Of a stretch of 38,689 bases of DNA, positions 1 to 9,233 are shown piece after piece. Location of the stretch: contig PAMC01000011.1 of assembly GCA_002710785.1 (NCBI GenBank), positions 32,264 through 70,952 of the forward strand, in the 5' to 3' direction. The position numbers and the translations under genes were made by a program. The stretch is from a bacterium (GTDB lineage: Bacteria > Patescibacteriota > Minisyncoccia > Phycocordibacterales > UBA918). Each line of letters opens with the position of its first letter. The stretch's first letter is position 1. The notes beneath the pieces were generated by a model. That model did not search any database and had not been told where the DNA came from. It saw nothing but the letters and a program-made list of their open reading frames with translations.

Positions 1-1227
1 GACGTAACGATCAATAGTCGCCTGGGCATCGTCGCGAGCAGTCTCGAGACTGTTTGGCCAAGACGGCGCAGAGCAGCTATCTGCTGCCAGAGCAGCCCGT
101 CGAGAATCGAAGTTTGATTTAGCAGCGTTAACTCGAGACACAATTTCGTACTGCGCGTCGAGGTAGTCATTGGTGCGTGCAATCGCGTCACGTAATGCTA
201 CTTCACGAGTTGAGGTAGCGAGCCCGGTGTTCATTGGCGATTCTTCGGCTAGTGCGTCGAGGTACGAGCTTGTGCCGTCACTGCCGTATCCGTACTGGGT
301 GTAGCTGCTGTTACCACCAAGCCCCAAGAGGCCGTAGGCCCCGGTGAGCGCCTGCTGCGCGAGTTGCGCCATGAGCGCGCCGATAATCTCGTTGATCTCG
401 TCGGCGGTAATGAGCTGGTCGCGACCAGCACCCAAGGCCCCGTTAAGCTGGTCGGCAATTACGCGGCCTGGCGTGGTAATCGTACAGTTACTTTGGGCAC
501 CACTCTGCGCTTGGGTGTCGCTACACACGCGGAATGAGAGGAAGCCATCGCCAAACTCAAGCAGCTGAATCTCCTCACCTTGTGCGTTGCGAATGGCCGC
601 ATCAAGCTGCATGCTGGCTTCGAAGTACGCTCGGTTAGGGTCATTACTCTCACCTTGAGTGAGCTCAAACCAGCTGGCCCAGCCGCCATCCTCGAAACTG
701 CCCTGGAGGAAGTTCTCCATGTTACCGGTGACGTCATCGAGCGTACATTGCGGCTGGTAGCCGTCGCGCTGCTGCTGATTGTAGTTGGTCGCCAGCGCCA
801 CTCGGACGTCGAGCTCAAACGGGCTACAGAGAAGTGCCAGCTCAGAGCCCAAGAGGGTGTCGCTTACTACTTGGTCGGCCACTGACTGCAAGTGGTTCTC
901 AAGGTCGGTCACAAACGCTGGGCTACCCTGAAAGCCCGAGTTAATCCAGTTGACGATGCTGCGCACCATGCTCTGAATAATGGTGCGCGTGATGCCGTAG
1001 GCAATACCATCGAGCTGAAACTCCTTAATGTTGAGTGCTTGGGTTGCCGCTGAGGTAATGGCGTCGCTCGCAGCCGAGAGTGTACTCTGCACCGCAGTTT
1101 GTGAGCGATCGCTGACGACAGTTACAGCCCGCTGCGCATGTGTTTGTAGGGGCAGCAACAACATCCCTATCAGCAAGATAGCTGCGATATTCTTTACGAT
1201 AGTGTGGCGCGCCGCGGTCATACTCAT
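1..1227 (-). CDS. exported hypothetical protein, first 409 codons (3' end runs off the left edge)
   Basis: Absent from the ORF track because no stop lies in the window. My translation of the minus strand from ATG 1227-1225 stays open to base 1 (MSMTAARHTIVKNIAAILLIGMLLLPLQTHAQRAV...NWINSGFQGSPAFVTDLENHL...). The N-terminus is signal-like. The ATG overlaps the TAA of the upstream gene (TAATG). The short track ORFs at 249-1234 are shadows of this frame. Confidence 0.6.
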   Translation of the reverse strand, partial: MSMTAARHTIVKNIAAILLIGMLLLPLQTHAQRAVTVVSDRSQTAVQSTLSAASDAITSAATQALNIKEFQLDGIAYGITRTIIQSMVRSIVNWINSGFQGSPAFVTDLENHLQSVADQVVSDTLLGSELALLCSPFELDVRVALATNYNQQQRDGYQPQCTLDDVTGNMENFLQGSFEDGGWASWFELTQGESNDPNRAYFEASMQLDAAIRNAQGEEIQLLEFGDGFLSFRVCSDTQAQSGAQSNCTITTPGRVIADQLNGALGAGRDQLITADEINEIIGALMAQLAQQALTGAYGLLGLGGNSSYTQYGYGSDGTSSYLDALAEESPMNTGLATSTREVALRDAIARTNDYLDAQYEIVSRVNAAKSNFDSRRAALAADSCSAPSWPNSLETARDDAQATIDRYV

Positions 1228-2108
1228 TATCTAAATTCTACTACATCAAACACACTGTCTTCAGGCAGGAAGTTAGCACCGCTTTCGTTGGCAGCGGTAA
1301 AGAGGTTAACCACAGCGGCAGCTAACCCGTCGGCATCTTGCTGGTAGCGCTGGAGGCGCAATAGTGAGCGCAGTGGGTCGGTAAACGTTTGCTCCATCGC
1401 CGCTACGCTGGTCGCCAATGCCTGGTAGGCGTTGGTGAGATCGAGGTGTGCTTTCATAAACCGCTCGGGCACCGGCAGGGCTAGCATGTCACGCACCATG
1501 CCCTCGTAGGCCTCGCGGATCGGGGTGAGCTCGGTGAGCAACGCAGCGTCATTCTCTGCTACCGCTTGCTCAAGGATGAGTACCTCGTTTTGTGTCCCTT
1601 CTGGCAGTGGGTAGGCAAACATGATGTCCGCCACGGCGTTAGCGTAGGTACGAATTTGTGCAGCGGTGGCTGGGTAGAGGGTAATGTTTTGCTCGGTGTA
1701 GAGTGGGTCGCGGGTCTCGCGGATGAGGTCTGAGCTCGCCTGTTCAATAAGTGTATTTGGATTACGGCCAAAGGCACCAAACCCTTCGTTGCGGACGTAG
1801 GTCTCAAAAAAGTCGAGCGCAAATTGGTCGGTCAGTGTTTCCGGTTCGGTGTAGGCGGTGGTTGATGTGGGCAGCTCGAGTGGCTCGGTGTTATCCAGGA
1901 GCTCTTGCCAGTCGGGGATGCCGTCGCCGTTACTGTCGGTTACCGGAATGTACTGGCGCAGTGGCGACTCACTCACAAACGAGGGCCCTTCGGCTACTAC
2001 CGGGTTAGCCGCTGGCTGGGGTGTTGGTTGCTGGTAGCGCGCGAGAATAAACGCAGCGGCGACGAGCGCGCCACCAACTAAAATTGCTCCCTTTACGCGG
2101 GTGTTCAT
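1227..2108 (-). CDS. hypothetical membrane-anchored protein (293 aa)
   Basis: Track ORF with an N-terminal hydrophobic anchor (GAILVGGALVAAAFILA). No catalytic motif recognised. Its stop overlaps the start of the downstream gene. Confidence 0.6.
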   Translation of the reverse strand: MNTRVKGAILVGGALVAAAFILARYQQPTPQPAANPVVAEGPSFVSESPLRQYIPVTDSNGDGIPDWQELLDNTEPLELPTSTTAYTEPETLTDQFALDFFETYVRNEGFGAFGRNPNTLIEQASSDLIRETRDPLYTEQNITLYPATAAQIRTYANAVADIMFAYPLPEGTQNEVLILEQAVAENDAALLTELTPIREAYEGMVRDMLALPVPERFMKAHLDLTNAYQALATSVAAMEQTFTDPLRSLLRLQRYQQDADGLAAAVVNLFTAANESGANFLPEDSVFDVVEFR

Positions 2109-2147
2109 TACTACCAGTATACCGCTGGTACACCCCGCATTTAGCCG

Positions 2148-2972
2148 TTACTGACATTCGCGAGCCACCACCGCAACGATGTCATGCCAATTGCTCAGTG
2201 ACACATCTTCGGCTCGTATGCTGGGGTTAAGCTCAACCTGAGCAAAGATTGCGCTGGTGCAGGCTGCACCAAAATGTTGCTTGAAATTATGCTGCAGCTG
2301 CTTACGCTTGTTAGCAAAACCAGCCCGAATTACGTTAAAAAATGTTTTTTCGTCTACGTCGCTAAAGTAGTCGCGGGAGATGTTTCGCACCGCCACAATG
2401 GCTGAGTCAACTGCTGGCGGCGGGGTAAAATGCCCCCGTGAAACCGTCTTATATACAGAAACCTCGCCGTAGGCCTGCAGCGCCAGGGCCAGTAGCGAAC
2501 CCTTGGCGTTTTTGGCGGGCGGCAGCGGTGCTGCCGCCCGCTTCGCCACCTCTTTTTGCACTAAAAATACCAAGTCGCTCGGCTGCACTGGGTGCTCCAT
2601 ACAGACGCGAAACAGGTGGCCCGAGAGGTAGTAGGGAATATTAGCCACTATCTTAAAGTCGTGGTCGCAAAGCCCTAAGCTCGTGAGCGATAGCTCACGA
2701 GCGTCAGCTTCTTCAAGGCGCAACTGTCCAGCTGCTATCTCATTGACAAAGGTTTCTCTGAGCACCGCGATGGCGCGTCGGTCGGTTTCGATGGCGAGCA
2801 CCTGGGCGCCGCGCGCCAAGAGCTCACGTGTCAGCACGCCGGTACCTGGCCCAATCTCGAGCACCGTATCCCCAGCTGTTACCGCTGCAGCGTCGCACAT
2901 CCAGCGGGGTACGATGTCAGAGTTGAGAAAATGTTGCCCGAGTGATTTTTTGTGTCGAAACGACTCAGTCAT
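2148..2972 (-). CDS. rsmA: 16S rRNA (adenine1518/1519-N6)-dimethyltransferase RsmA/KsgA
   Basis: KKSLGQHFL N-terminus, SAM-binding EIGPGTGVLT and NIPY motif in the order typical of the KsgA family. Confidence 0.9.
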   Translation of the reverse strand: MTESFRHKKSLGQHFLNSDIVPRWMCDAAAVTAGDTVLEIGPGTGVLTRELLARGAQVLAIETDRRAIAVLRETFVNEIAAGQLRLEEADARELSLTSLGLCDHDFKIVANIPYYLSGHLFRVCMEHPVQPSDLVFLVQKEVAKRAAAPLPPAKNAKGSLLALALQAYGEVSVYKTVSRGHFTPPPAVDSAIVAVRNISRDYFSDVDEKTFFNVIRAGFANKRKQLQHNFKQHFGAACTSAIFAQVELNPSIRAEDVSLSNWHDIVAVVARECQ

Positions 2973-3106
2973 GCCCGCAGCCTAGCGCAAAAGCTAGACT
3001 TTGCCTAGGTGCTACCAGCTGTGACACAGCCGTGGTGAGTAGCGACCTCACGTTCACACTGCGGCACGGTCGTGCGATACCTCGGTGTGCTGGTGAGGGT
3101 GGGGTA

Positions 3107-5059
3107 CTAGTCGAGGTAGATGGTGGTTTCGTAACCAGAGCTTTGCCCAAAACCGCCCGTGCCCTCAAGTTCCACGTGCTCAGTATCGATGTCATTGAGA
3201 AACGATGACGGAATGTTCACGCGCTGGCTGCCAAAGATGGTACGTAGGTGCGCGTACGTCAGCCAAACTTTTTTCTCGGCTCGGGTAAGCGCCACGTAGA
3301 AGAGTCGACGTTCCTCTTCGTGATCAACGCCACGATCGTCGAGTCGTTCGTGCGGAAAAAGTCCCTCCTCCAAGCCGCTCACAAACACGTACGGAAACTC
3401 GAGCCCCTTCGCCGCGTGTACTGTCATCAGCCGTACCGCGTCACCCCCGTGCTCGCCGAGCTCATCTTGGTCACTTTGCAAGGCCGCGTTCTCTAAGAGT
3501 GCCTCGACCCCTTCCTCCGGGTCGAGTTCGTCAAAGCGCACCGCCAAGCTCACCAGTTCGCGCAGGTTCTCGAGGCGCTCAAGATCTTCCTCGGTCCCGC
3601 TCTTTTTGTAGTGAGTCTCGATGCCCGTACGGCTCATAATGAAGCGCAGCGTCTTTGAGATTGGTTCGATCCGTGCGTGGTCGGTGATGTCCTGCATGAG
3701 CTGGTCAAATCGCGCGACCTTCTCGGCGGTTGCCCCAGCGAGCTCATCGCGCCGCCCCTCAATGAGCTTGAGTGCCGTTACCTTACCAATGCCGCGAGGC
3801 GGCACGTTGACGATCCGCGCGAGGTCGGCGGTGGTGTCGGGGTTGAGTGCCAGGCGCAAAAACGAGAGCACGTCTTTCACCTCTTTGCGTTCAAAGAACT
3901 TGGTACCCAAAACTTGGTACGGCACGTTGAAGTTCAAGAACGCCTCCTCCAAAACCCGCGACTGAAAGTTGGTGCGGAACAGCACTGCAGTATCTGACGG
4001 CCGCGCTCCCTCACTAATGAGCTGCTTGCACTGCAGGGCGATGTACTCCGCTTCGTCGATACCCTGCTGCGCCGCGTAGAGGGTGATTTTCTCCCCGGTC
4101 GCGTTGCTGGTGAAGACGGTCTTCTCGACGCGGTTTTTGTTCTGAGCGATGACCTGGTTGCTGGCGGCGATAATGGTTTGGGTCGAGCGGTAGTTCTCCT
4201 CTAGGAGGATGGTTTTTGCACCAGTAAAATGCCGCTCAAACTGCAAGACGTTGCTGATGTCGGCGCCGCGCCAGCTGTAGATCGACTGGTCGATGTCGCC
4301 CACTACGCAGATATTTGGGTGCTCACCCGCGATTACGCGTGCGATCGCAAACTGTACTTTGTTAGTGTCTTGGTACTCGTCGATGTGGAGGTAGCGGTAC
4401 CGTTCGCGTACGACGTCGCGAATGACTGGGTAGTCGGTGAGGAGCTGCAGTGTCTTTACCAATAGGTCGTCAAAGTCGAGCGCCTTATCGTTGCGCAGAA
4501 TATCGGCGTAGTGCGTCCAGACGGCTGCCGCCACCTGCTCGGGGTACGAGCGGGCATCAGCCGAGAAGTCACTCTGGCTGATCGCGTCTCCCTTCGTCCG
4601 GGAAATAATCGAGAGAATCTTGCGCGGCTCAAACTGCTTTGGGTTGTACCCAGCTTGCTCGAGCGCCGTCTTAATCGCTTTGACGCTATCGCTGCGGTCG
4701 TAGATCACAAAGTGCCGCGGCAAGTTTAGGGTTGCGTGGTGCTCGCGCAGGAGGCGCACACCGAGTGAGTGAAAGGTGGTCACTGTCGGGTAGCTGTCGA
4801 TGATGGCGCGATCGCTCGGCGGAAATTGCTGCAAGAGTGCCATTGCCCGCTCGCGCATCTCCTTTGCCGCCTTGTTCGTAAACGTGACCGCCAAAATGTT
4901 GTGCGGCGCAACACCCTGGTGCACCAGGTGCACAATGCGGTGGGTAATGACACGGGTCTTCCCCGAGCCAGCGCCAGCGAGTACCAAGAGCGGTCCGGTA
5001 GTGTGTAAGACCGCCTCACGCTGCGCGTCGTTTAAGCCTTCAAGGTAGTCGTGCGCCAT
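3107..5059 (-). CDS. uvrD: ATP-dependent DNA helicase, UvrD/PcrA family (650 aa)
   Basis: Walker A AGAGSGKTRV, DEYQDTN (motif II) and overall SF1 UvrD/PcrA architecture. Confidence 0.92.
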   Translation of the reverse strand: MAHDYLEGLNDAQREAVLHTTGPLLVLAGAGSGKTRVITHRIVHLVHQGVAPHNILAVTFTNKAAKEMRERAMALLQQFPPSDRAIIDSYPTVTTFHSLGVRLLREHHATLNLPRHFVIYDRSDSVKAIKTALEQAGYNPKQFEPRKILSIISRTKGDAISQSDFSADARSYPEQVAAAVWTHYADILRNDKALDFDDLLVKTLQLLTDYPVIRDVVRERYRYLHIDEYQDTNKVQFAIARVIAGEHPNICVVGDIDQSIYSWRGADISNVLQFERHFTGAKTILLEENYRSTQTIIAASNQVIAQNKNRVEKTVFTSNATGEKITLYAAQQGIDEAEYIALQCKQLISEGARPSDTAVLFRTNFQSRVLEEAFLNFNVPYQVLGTKFFERKEVKDVLSFLRLALNPDTTADLARIVNVPPRGIGKVTALKLIEGRRDELAGATAEKVARFDQLMQDITDHARIEPISKTLRFIMSRTGIETHYKKSGTEEDLERLENLRELVSLAVRFDELDPEEGVEALLENAALQSDQDELGEHGGDAVRLMTVHAAKGLEFPYVFVSGLEEGLFPHERLDDRGVDHEEERRLFYVALTRAEKKVWLTYAHLRTIFGSQRVNIPSSFLNDIDTEHVELEGTGGFGQSSGYETTIYLD

Positions 5060-5219
5060 AATTGCGCAGCATGATACCGCACATACTTATATATGTATAG
5101 AAACCTAAGCCGGTTTTATTCCGCCATAGCTACCACGAGTAGTCAATGTGCCAACTACTACTGTTTCTAGGCGTATTTTGCGAGTTTTTTGAGTAACTCA
5201 CAGATTCTGTAACCGTCAA

Positions 5220-5247
5220 TTGTGAACACTGCTCGCTTTAGTACAAT
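5220..5247 (+). promoter_or_regulatory. putative sigma70-like promoter for the M23 peptidase gene
   Basis: TTGTGA, 16-nt spacer, TACAAT read directly. A short hairpin (AGAGGC-GCAA-GCCTCT, then TTT) follows in the leader. Confidence 0.35.
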
Positions 5248-5327
5248 TATTGACATCAAGAGGCGCAAGCCTCTTTTCGCTTGGGAGATCCTGCGCCACC
5301 TGCCTGGCCAGCCCACGCGAAGACAAT

Positions 5328-6434
5328 ATGCAATTAGCATCAGCAGATTCTGACGGCTCAAGTAAACGCGGCAGTATAGCTGCCCTCCGTCATGCATATA
5401 CAACTAGCCAGCACGCCCAGTCCGCTCGTGGCGGGGCGCTGAACCAAGTCCAACTCGCAGTTGGCGTACTCGCGGTACTCGTTCCCCTTTCGGTGTACGC
5501 GGGCATACTTACACCAACCCCAACCACGTCTGAGCCAGTTGTGGTGCCCGTACCTGCCACTAGTGCTACCGACGTTCGTCTCTTAGCTGCGCACACCACT
5601 GCCGACCCGAAAGCTGCTCGTGGTGGCGGCGATATTATCGTTGACGAAGGTGCACTCGTGCCTGGTGGTATTGTGGGCGAAGACCTCGTCGATGACACCA
5701 CATACGCCTCCGGCGAAATTAGCCTCTACGTGGTACGCGAGGGCGACACGCTTTCACAGATTGCGGAGATGTTTGAGGTTAACAGCAACACCATCCTCTG
5801 GGCTAACGACATTACTAAAGCCTCGAGCATCCAGCCTGGCGACACACTCGTTATCTTGCCAATTACCGGAGTGCGCCACGTCGTTAAAGAGGGCGACACG
5901 GTTGCATCAATTGCTAAGAAGTACGAAGGTGATGCCGACGAGATTGTTTCCTACAACCAGCTCGCCTCAGCTAACGATATCAGCGTGGGTGACACCGTTG
6001 TGGTGCCGGGCGGCAACATGCAACAAGCTGCATCAGCGCGCAGCGCCAGCCGCGCTACGCCAACGCGCGTCAGTGGTAACGTGGCCGCGAGCAGCAACTT
6101 TGTGCACCCAGCACCAGGCGCAGTGCGCACTCAGGGTATCCATGGCTACAACGCGGTTGACCTGGCTGCTGGGTACGGCACCGCCGTTCGTGCCGCCGCC
6201 GCTGGTGAGGTAATCGTTTCCAAGTCATCGGGTTGGAATGGCGGGTACGGAAACTACATCGTCGTACGCCACAGCAATGGCACACAAACGCTTTACGCAC
6301 ACCTCAGTCGCAACAGTGTGGGTGTCGGTGCCTTCGTCGCTGCCGGCGAGACTATCGGGGCGATGGGTAATACGGGACGGTCGACGGGGACGCACGTTCA
6401 CTTCGAGGTCCGCGGCGCCACGAATCCATTTTAG
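5328..6434 (+). CDS. LysM-domain M23 family metallopeptidase (cell-wall hydrolase)
   Basis: Three LysM-like repeats (YVVREGDTLSQIAEMF, HVVKEGDTVASIAKKY, and others) and a C-terminal M23 signature (GNTGRSTGTHVHFEVR). The track ORF starts at 5250, but those codons cover a leader hairpin, so ATG 5328 (MQLAS) is preferred. The start remains uncertain. Confidence 0.85.
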   Translation: MQLASADSDGSSKRGSIAALRHAYTTSQHAQSARGGALNQVQLAVGVLAVLVPLSVYAGILTPTPTTSEPVVVPVPATSATDVRLLAAHTTADPKAARGGGDIIVDEGALVPGGIVGEDLVDDTTYASGEISLYVVREGDTLSQIAEMFEVNSNTILWANDITKASSIQPGDTLVILPITGVRHVVKEGDTVASIAKKYEGDADEIVSYNQLASANDISVGDTVVVPGGNMQQAASARSASRATPTRVSGNVAASSNFVHPAPGAVRTQGIHGYNAVDLAAGYGTAVRAAAAGEVIVSKSSGWNGGYGNYIVVRHSNGTQTLYAHLSRNSVGVGAFVAAGETIGAMGNTGRSTGTHVHFEVRGATNPF

Positions 6435-6474
6435 GAGCTGAGCGTCGTCGCTACAATAAAAATAACTCTCGCTG

Positions 6475-6502
6475 GAGCACGTGTCCCACTCGTGTTCTTT
6501 TT
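6475..6502 (+). terminator. Rho-independent terminator candidate downstream of the M23 gene
   Basis: GAGCACG / CGTGTTC stem (one G-U pair), 9-nt loop, then TTTTT. Confidence 0.5.
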
Positions 6503-6558
6503 AATTAGGCCCCTCGCTCAGCAACCTAAAATGAATCCGTGGTACTACCAACCCTTTG

Positions 6559-6678
6559 CTAACGCAAAATTAGCGAATAACTTTGTCGTTACAAAATAAT
6601 ATGCAGTCACCGTAGGGTTACCTACGGCTTCTTTATATTATTTCTAGACTCCTCGTTCTTCATCTAATTTTGCGTTAG
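6559..6678. repeat. 15-bp perfect inverted repeat pair enclosing a hairpin, within an AT-rich spacer
   Basis: CTAACGCAAAATTAG at 6559-6573 and its exact reverse complement at 6664-6678. Between them is the hairpin CCGTAGG-GTTA-CCTACGG (6610-6627) followed by a T-rich run. Confidence 0.5.
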
Positions 6679-6706
6679 AAATTAAAACGGATTTAACCTG
6701 GTAAAT

Positions 6707-7315
6707 TTATTGTTTAACTCTATATTGTAGAGCTTCCAGGACATGCTTTGATTTGATGTGGTCTGCATCATCTAAGTCGGCCACCGTCTGTGCGACTTTG
6801 AGCAGGCGGTGGTAGCTGCGGGGTGAGAGGTTTAGTTTTTGGCTGGAGGTTTTAAGGAGCTCCTGGACGTCTGCGGTGAGCTCGAGCGCTTGCTCGATTT
6901 CGCGGGCAGTCAGCTGGCTGTTGGTGCGCACGGTGCGATCGAGCGATTGGTATCGGTGTTGCGCCCGCTCACGTGCAGCTTCAATTTGCTCTCGGGCAGC
7001 CTGAGTTTCTCCATTGCCATGTTCAGTGCGCTTTTCCGTTAAGGTGTCGTAATCGACGTGTGGTACCTCAAGCCACAGGTCGATACGGTCGAGGATAGGG
7101 CCAGAAACCTTCTGTTTGTATGTGTCGGCCATTGCCGCCGCGTAATTAGTTGTCCCGTCCTCAGCGCCACGGTAGGGGTTCATGGCCGCCAGTAAGGCAA
7201 AGTCGGCTGGAAACTCAACGGTGTGTTGTACTCGACTGACCGTTACCACCCGATCTTCAAGTGGTTGACGTAACGCATCGAGGCTACGTCGCTCAAACTC
7301 TGGAAACTCATCCAT
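6707..7315 (-). pseudogene. comM: comM/yifB (Mg-chelatase-like AAA+ competence protein), 3' fragment separated from its 5' part by an insertion
   Basis: Starts MDEFPEFERRSLDALRQPLEDRVVTVSR...AAMNPY, which is the segment that follows HRGVLF(L/M)DE in YifB/ComM proteins. The missing N-terminal half lies at 19366..20337 on the same strand. Confidence 0.85.
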
Positions 7316-7319
7316 AAAC
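7313..7319. repeat. left copy of the 7-bp junction core (att)
   Basis: CATAAAC. Its reverse complement GTTTATG supplies the ATG of the comM 3' fragment. Confidence 0.75.
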
Positions 7320-7573
7320 TATGTCCCACAGTTTTGAATGTGGTCTAATTTGGAATCAGTTACCACTTGTTTACCCTGAACGTACACATTACTCGGTGTA
7401 GAATTTCTCTATGGTTTCAAAATTGAGAGCCTCAGTCATCATAATTATTGTTGGAGTAACCGCTTTTTGGTTAGGAATGCAAGCAGTGCAGTGCCCTGCT
7501 TGCGAATGCACTACACGTTTCGTTAGTGAAACTCTTAAAACCGTACTTTGAGGGACAGACTTTAATGCTATTG

Positions 7574-8239
7574 TCACTCAGTTTTCTCTACCACCTTTAA
7601 GTAGTCCATTATCTTGTATCCAGCTAAGTGCTTGTGTGGGTCAACAAACTTGTACCAAGGTTCCATACGATGCCATGTCTTACCATCCTTCTCCTCTTTA
7701 ACCATCTGAGGTTCAGTCAGTTTCTTGGGTGGAAGAAAATCTTTGTTATCTTTTATCAAATATAAATAGTAGTGTGGTCTACCAGAATCTGCATAAATTA
7801 TTCTAGCGTTTAGTATTCCTTTTTTGACCCATGAACGTAACGTTGGCGTTTTAAGTCCAAACCTGCTTTGCATATCGTAGGGTGAGTATCTGTTTTCGTC
7901 TGTCTTAGCAATTGAGCCTGGGATTTTTCTTTTGTCGATTGCTTTCTGGCAGGTCAGACACTTGATACCCCATTTGTCGTACCAGTTAGTCTCTTCGGTC
8001 GTTGAGTTACCACATATAGCACAGTTGCGTCCATTGCCTGGCAATCTAAAACCCTTTGGTTCATTTTCCAGCCTTCTTTTCCAACCATCCTCCTCCCACT
8101 GGTGTTTTAGTAACAACTCAACAAGACCAACAAGTCTATATCCAGCGTCAGAGGCCTCATCCCACGAAACCTCTTTTTCGCCTTTTTCTTCCATTAAGTC
8201 CTTAAATTCTTGTATGTGTTTATCTGATAGTTTCGTCAT
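7574..8239 (-). CDS. zinc-ribbon plus HTH (MerR/excisionase-like) protein, 221 aa
   Basis: CAICGN...CLTC four-Cys ribbon, then a helix-turn-helix-like segment (FGLKTPTLRSWVKKGIL). The family is not recognised. Confidence 0.6.
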   Translation of the reverse strand: MTKLSDKHIQEFKDLMEEKGEKEVSWDEASDAGYRLVGLVELLLKHQWEEDGWKRRLENEPKGFRLPGNGRNCAICGNSTTEETNWYDKWGIKCLTCQKAIDKRKIPGSIAKTDENRYSPYDMQSRFGLKTPTLRSWVKKGILNARIIYADSGRPHYYLYLIKDNKDFLPPKKLTEPQMVKEEKDGKTWHRMEPWYKFVDPHKHLAGYKIMDYLKVVEKTE

Positions 8240-8296
8240 AGTGTTTGCTTAACGAGTAAACAAACCCTACGCTGTTAGTTGCAGTATACGCTCATT

Positions 8297-8332
8297 ATTG
8301 TGGGACACAATTTACAATTTCAGTCCCACAAT
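8297..8332. promoter_or_regulatory. operator-like inverted repeat upstream of 7574..8239
   Basis: ATTGTGGGAC, 16-nt spacer, GTCCCACAAT (perfect 10-bp arms). The spacer contains tandem ACAATTT ACAATTT with a third copy at 8328. On the minus strand it overlaps a possible TTGTGT-16-TATACT promoter. Confidence 0.45.
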
Positions 8333-9151
8333 TTATGTCTCAACTTCTTCTAAAAGATTGATCGAAACATGATGGTTAAAAACATCATCTATCTCAATCA
8401 GATAAACATGACCACGGTGCAGACTTGCTTTTAGTTCTGGTGATACTGTCGTTTTGATGATTTTACCTTCGTGCTCACCGGAACAAGCCTCAAAACAGAC
8501 TTCAAATTCTTTTTTCAAAAGCTCCCATGCGTATACTCGCATTTCAGCAATGTCTCCAGCTTTAACATCAGAATATATGACCTCCTCTCCATCATATAGA
8601 CGCCTAATAACACGACGGTTTTTTGCCCGGTACTCTTTTTTATTATAGTTTCTTGATTTTTTACCAACCTTAGATAATTTATCGGCTACTTTGTTTTCTT
8701 TACGGCGTTTAAAATCAACACTAACTTGCCCTCCTACAGCTTTTGCTAGTTTAAGGCGTGTTTTATCAATTTTATCCAACAGGTCAGCATCTTTGATATC
8801 TTTGCCTTCGTAGTTTTTCCATTTGTTTTTTCTCCAGCCCTGAATTTTATATGGATTGATTAGCTCTCCATCTGTCACACTGTGTCTGTCGGTGTATATT
8901 TCAACACCTGAAGCTTGTCTTACGATGTCGGGGTTTGCTTTTGCGTATTCAAGCAGACCTTCCATTGCATGAATAATGCTAATCATTTCTAGTCGGTGTA
9001 TACCTCTACCGTCACTTCTATAAAAGTACTGAATTGGTTCAGCATCGATACTGTCAGGAAAAGTTATTTCATAACCACCACCCCCAGTCTGTTGAGGATC
9101 GTAGTCCATTGCTCCGTCACAGTGTATTTGTATCGCATGTGGGTTGTTCAT
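8333..9151 (-). CDS. RNase HI-like protein with an unassigned C-terminal extension of about 105 aa (272 aa)
   Basis: RNase HI catalytic pattern read in the translation: HCDGA (D12), RLEMISI (E55), IYTDRHS (D88), ENKVADKLSK (D157). There is also a basic-protrusion-like GWRKNKWKNYEGKDIKDADL, comparable to E. coli RnhA WKKRGWKT..KPVKNVDLW. Residues from about 170 to 272 have no recognised motif. Confidence 0.7.
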   Translation of the reverse strand: MNNPHAIQIHCDGAMDYDPQQTGGGGYEITFPDSIDAEPIQYFYRSDGRGIHRLEMISIIHAMEGLLEYAKANPDIVRQASGVEIYTDRHSVTDGELINPYKIQGWRKNKWKNYEGKDIKDADLLDKIDKTRLKLAKAVGGQVSVDFKRRKENKVADKLSKVGKKSRNYNKKEYRAKNRRVIRRLYDGEEVIYSDVKAGDIAEMRVYAWELLKKEFEVCFEACSGEHEGKIIKTTVSPELKASLHRGHVYLIEIDDVFNHHVSINLLEEVET

Positions 9152-9209
9152 TTAACTACAATACTTCGATGAAAACACAAAGCAAGTTAACTTTTTATTG
9201 CAATCTGGA

Positions 9210-9233
9210 GGACAACTATTAGGAAAGTTGTCC
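9210..9233. promoter_or_regulatory. operator-like inverted repeat in the divergent control region
   Basis: GGACAACT, 8-nt spacer, AGTTGTCC (perfect) in the 143-bp gap between the divergent genes 8333..9151 and 9295..11094. Confidence 0.4.

Noticed and set aside
249-1234. Several 60-120-aa track ORFs on both strands (249..458, 344..568, 459..818, 580..885, 1028..1234).
   Set aside because: All lie inside one long minus-strand frame that stays open from 1227 to the window edge and reads like a real exported protein. They are shadow ORFs typical of GC-rich DNA.
7389-7577. 62-aa minus-strand ORF starting at a GTG that overlaps the stop of 7574..8239 (GTGA).
   Set aside because: The coupling geometry is suggestive. 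However, the ORF has no motif and an odd composition, and it spans a hairpin (GCAAGCAG...CTGCTTGC) in the att-proximal noncoding arm. It is left unannotated as unsupported.
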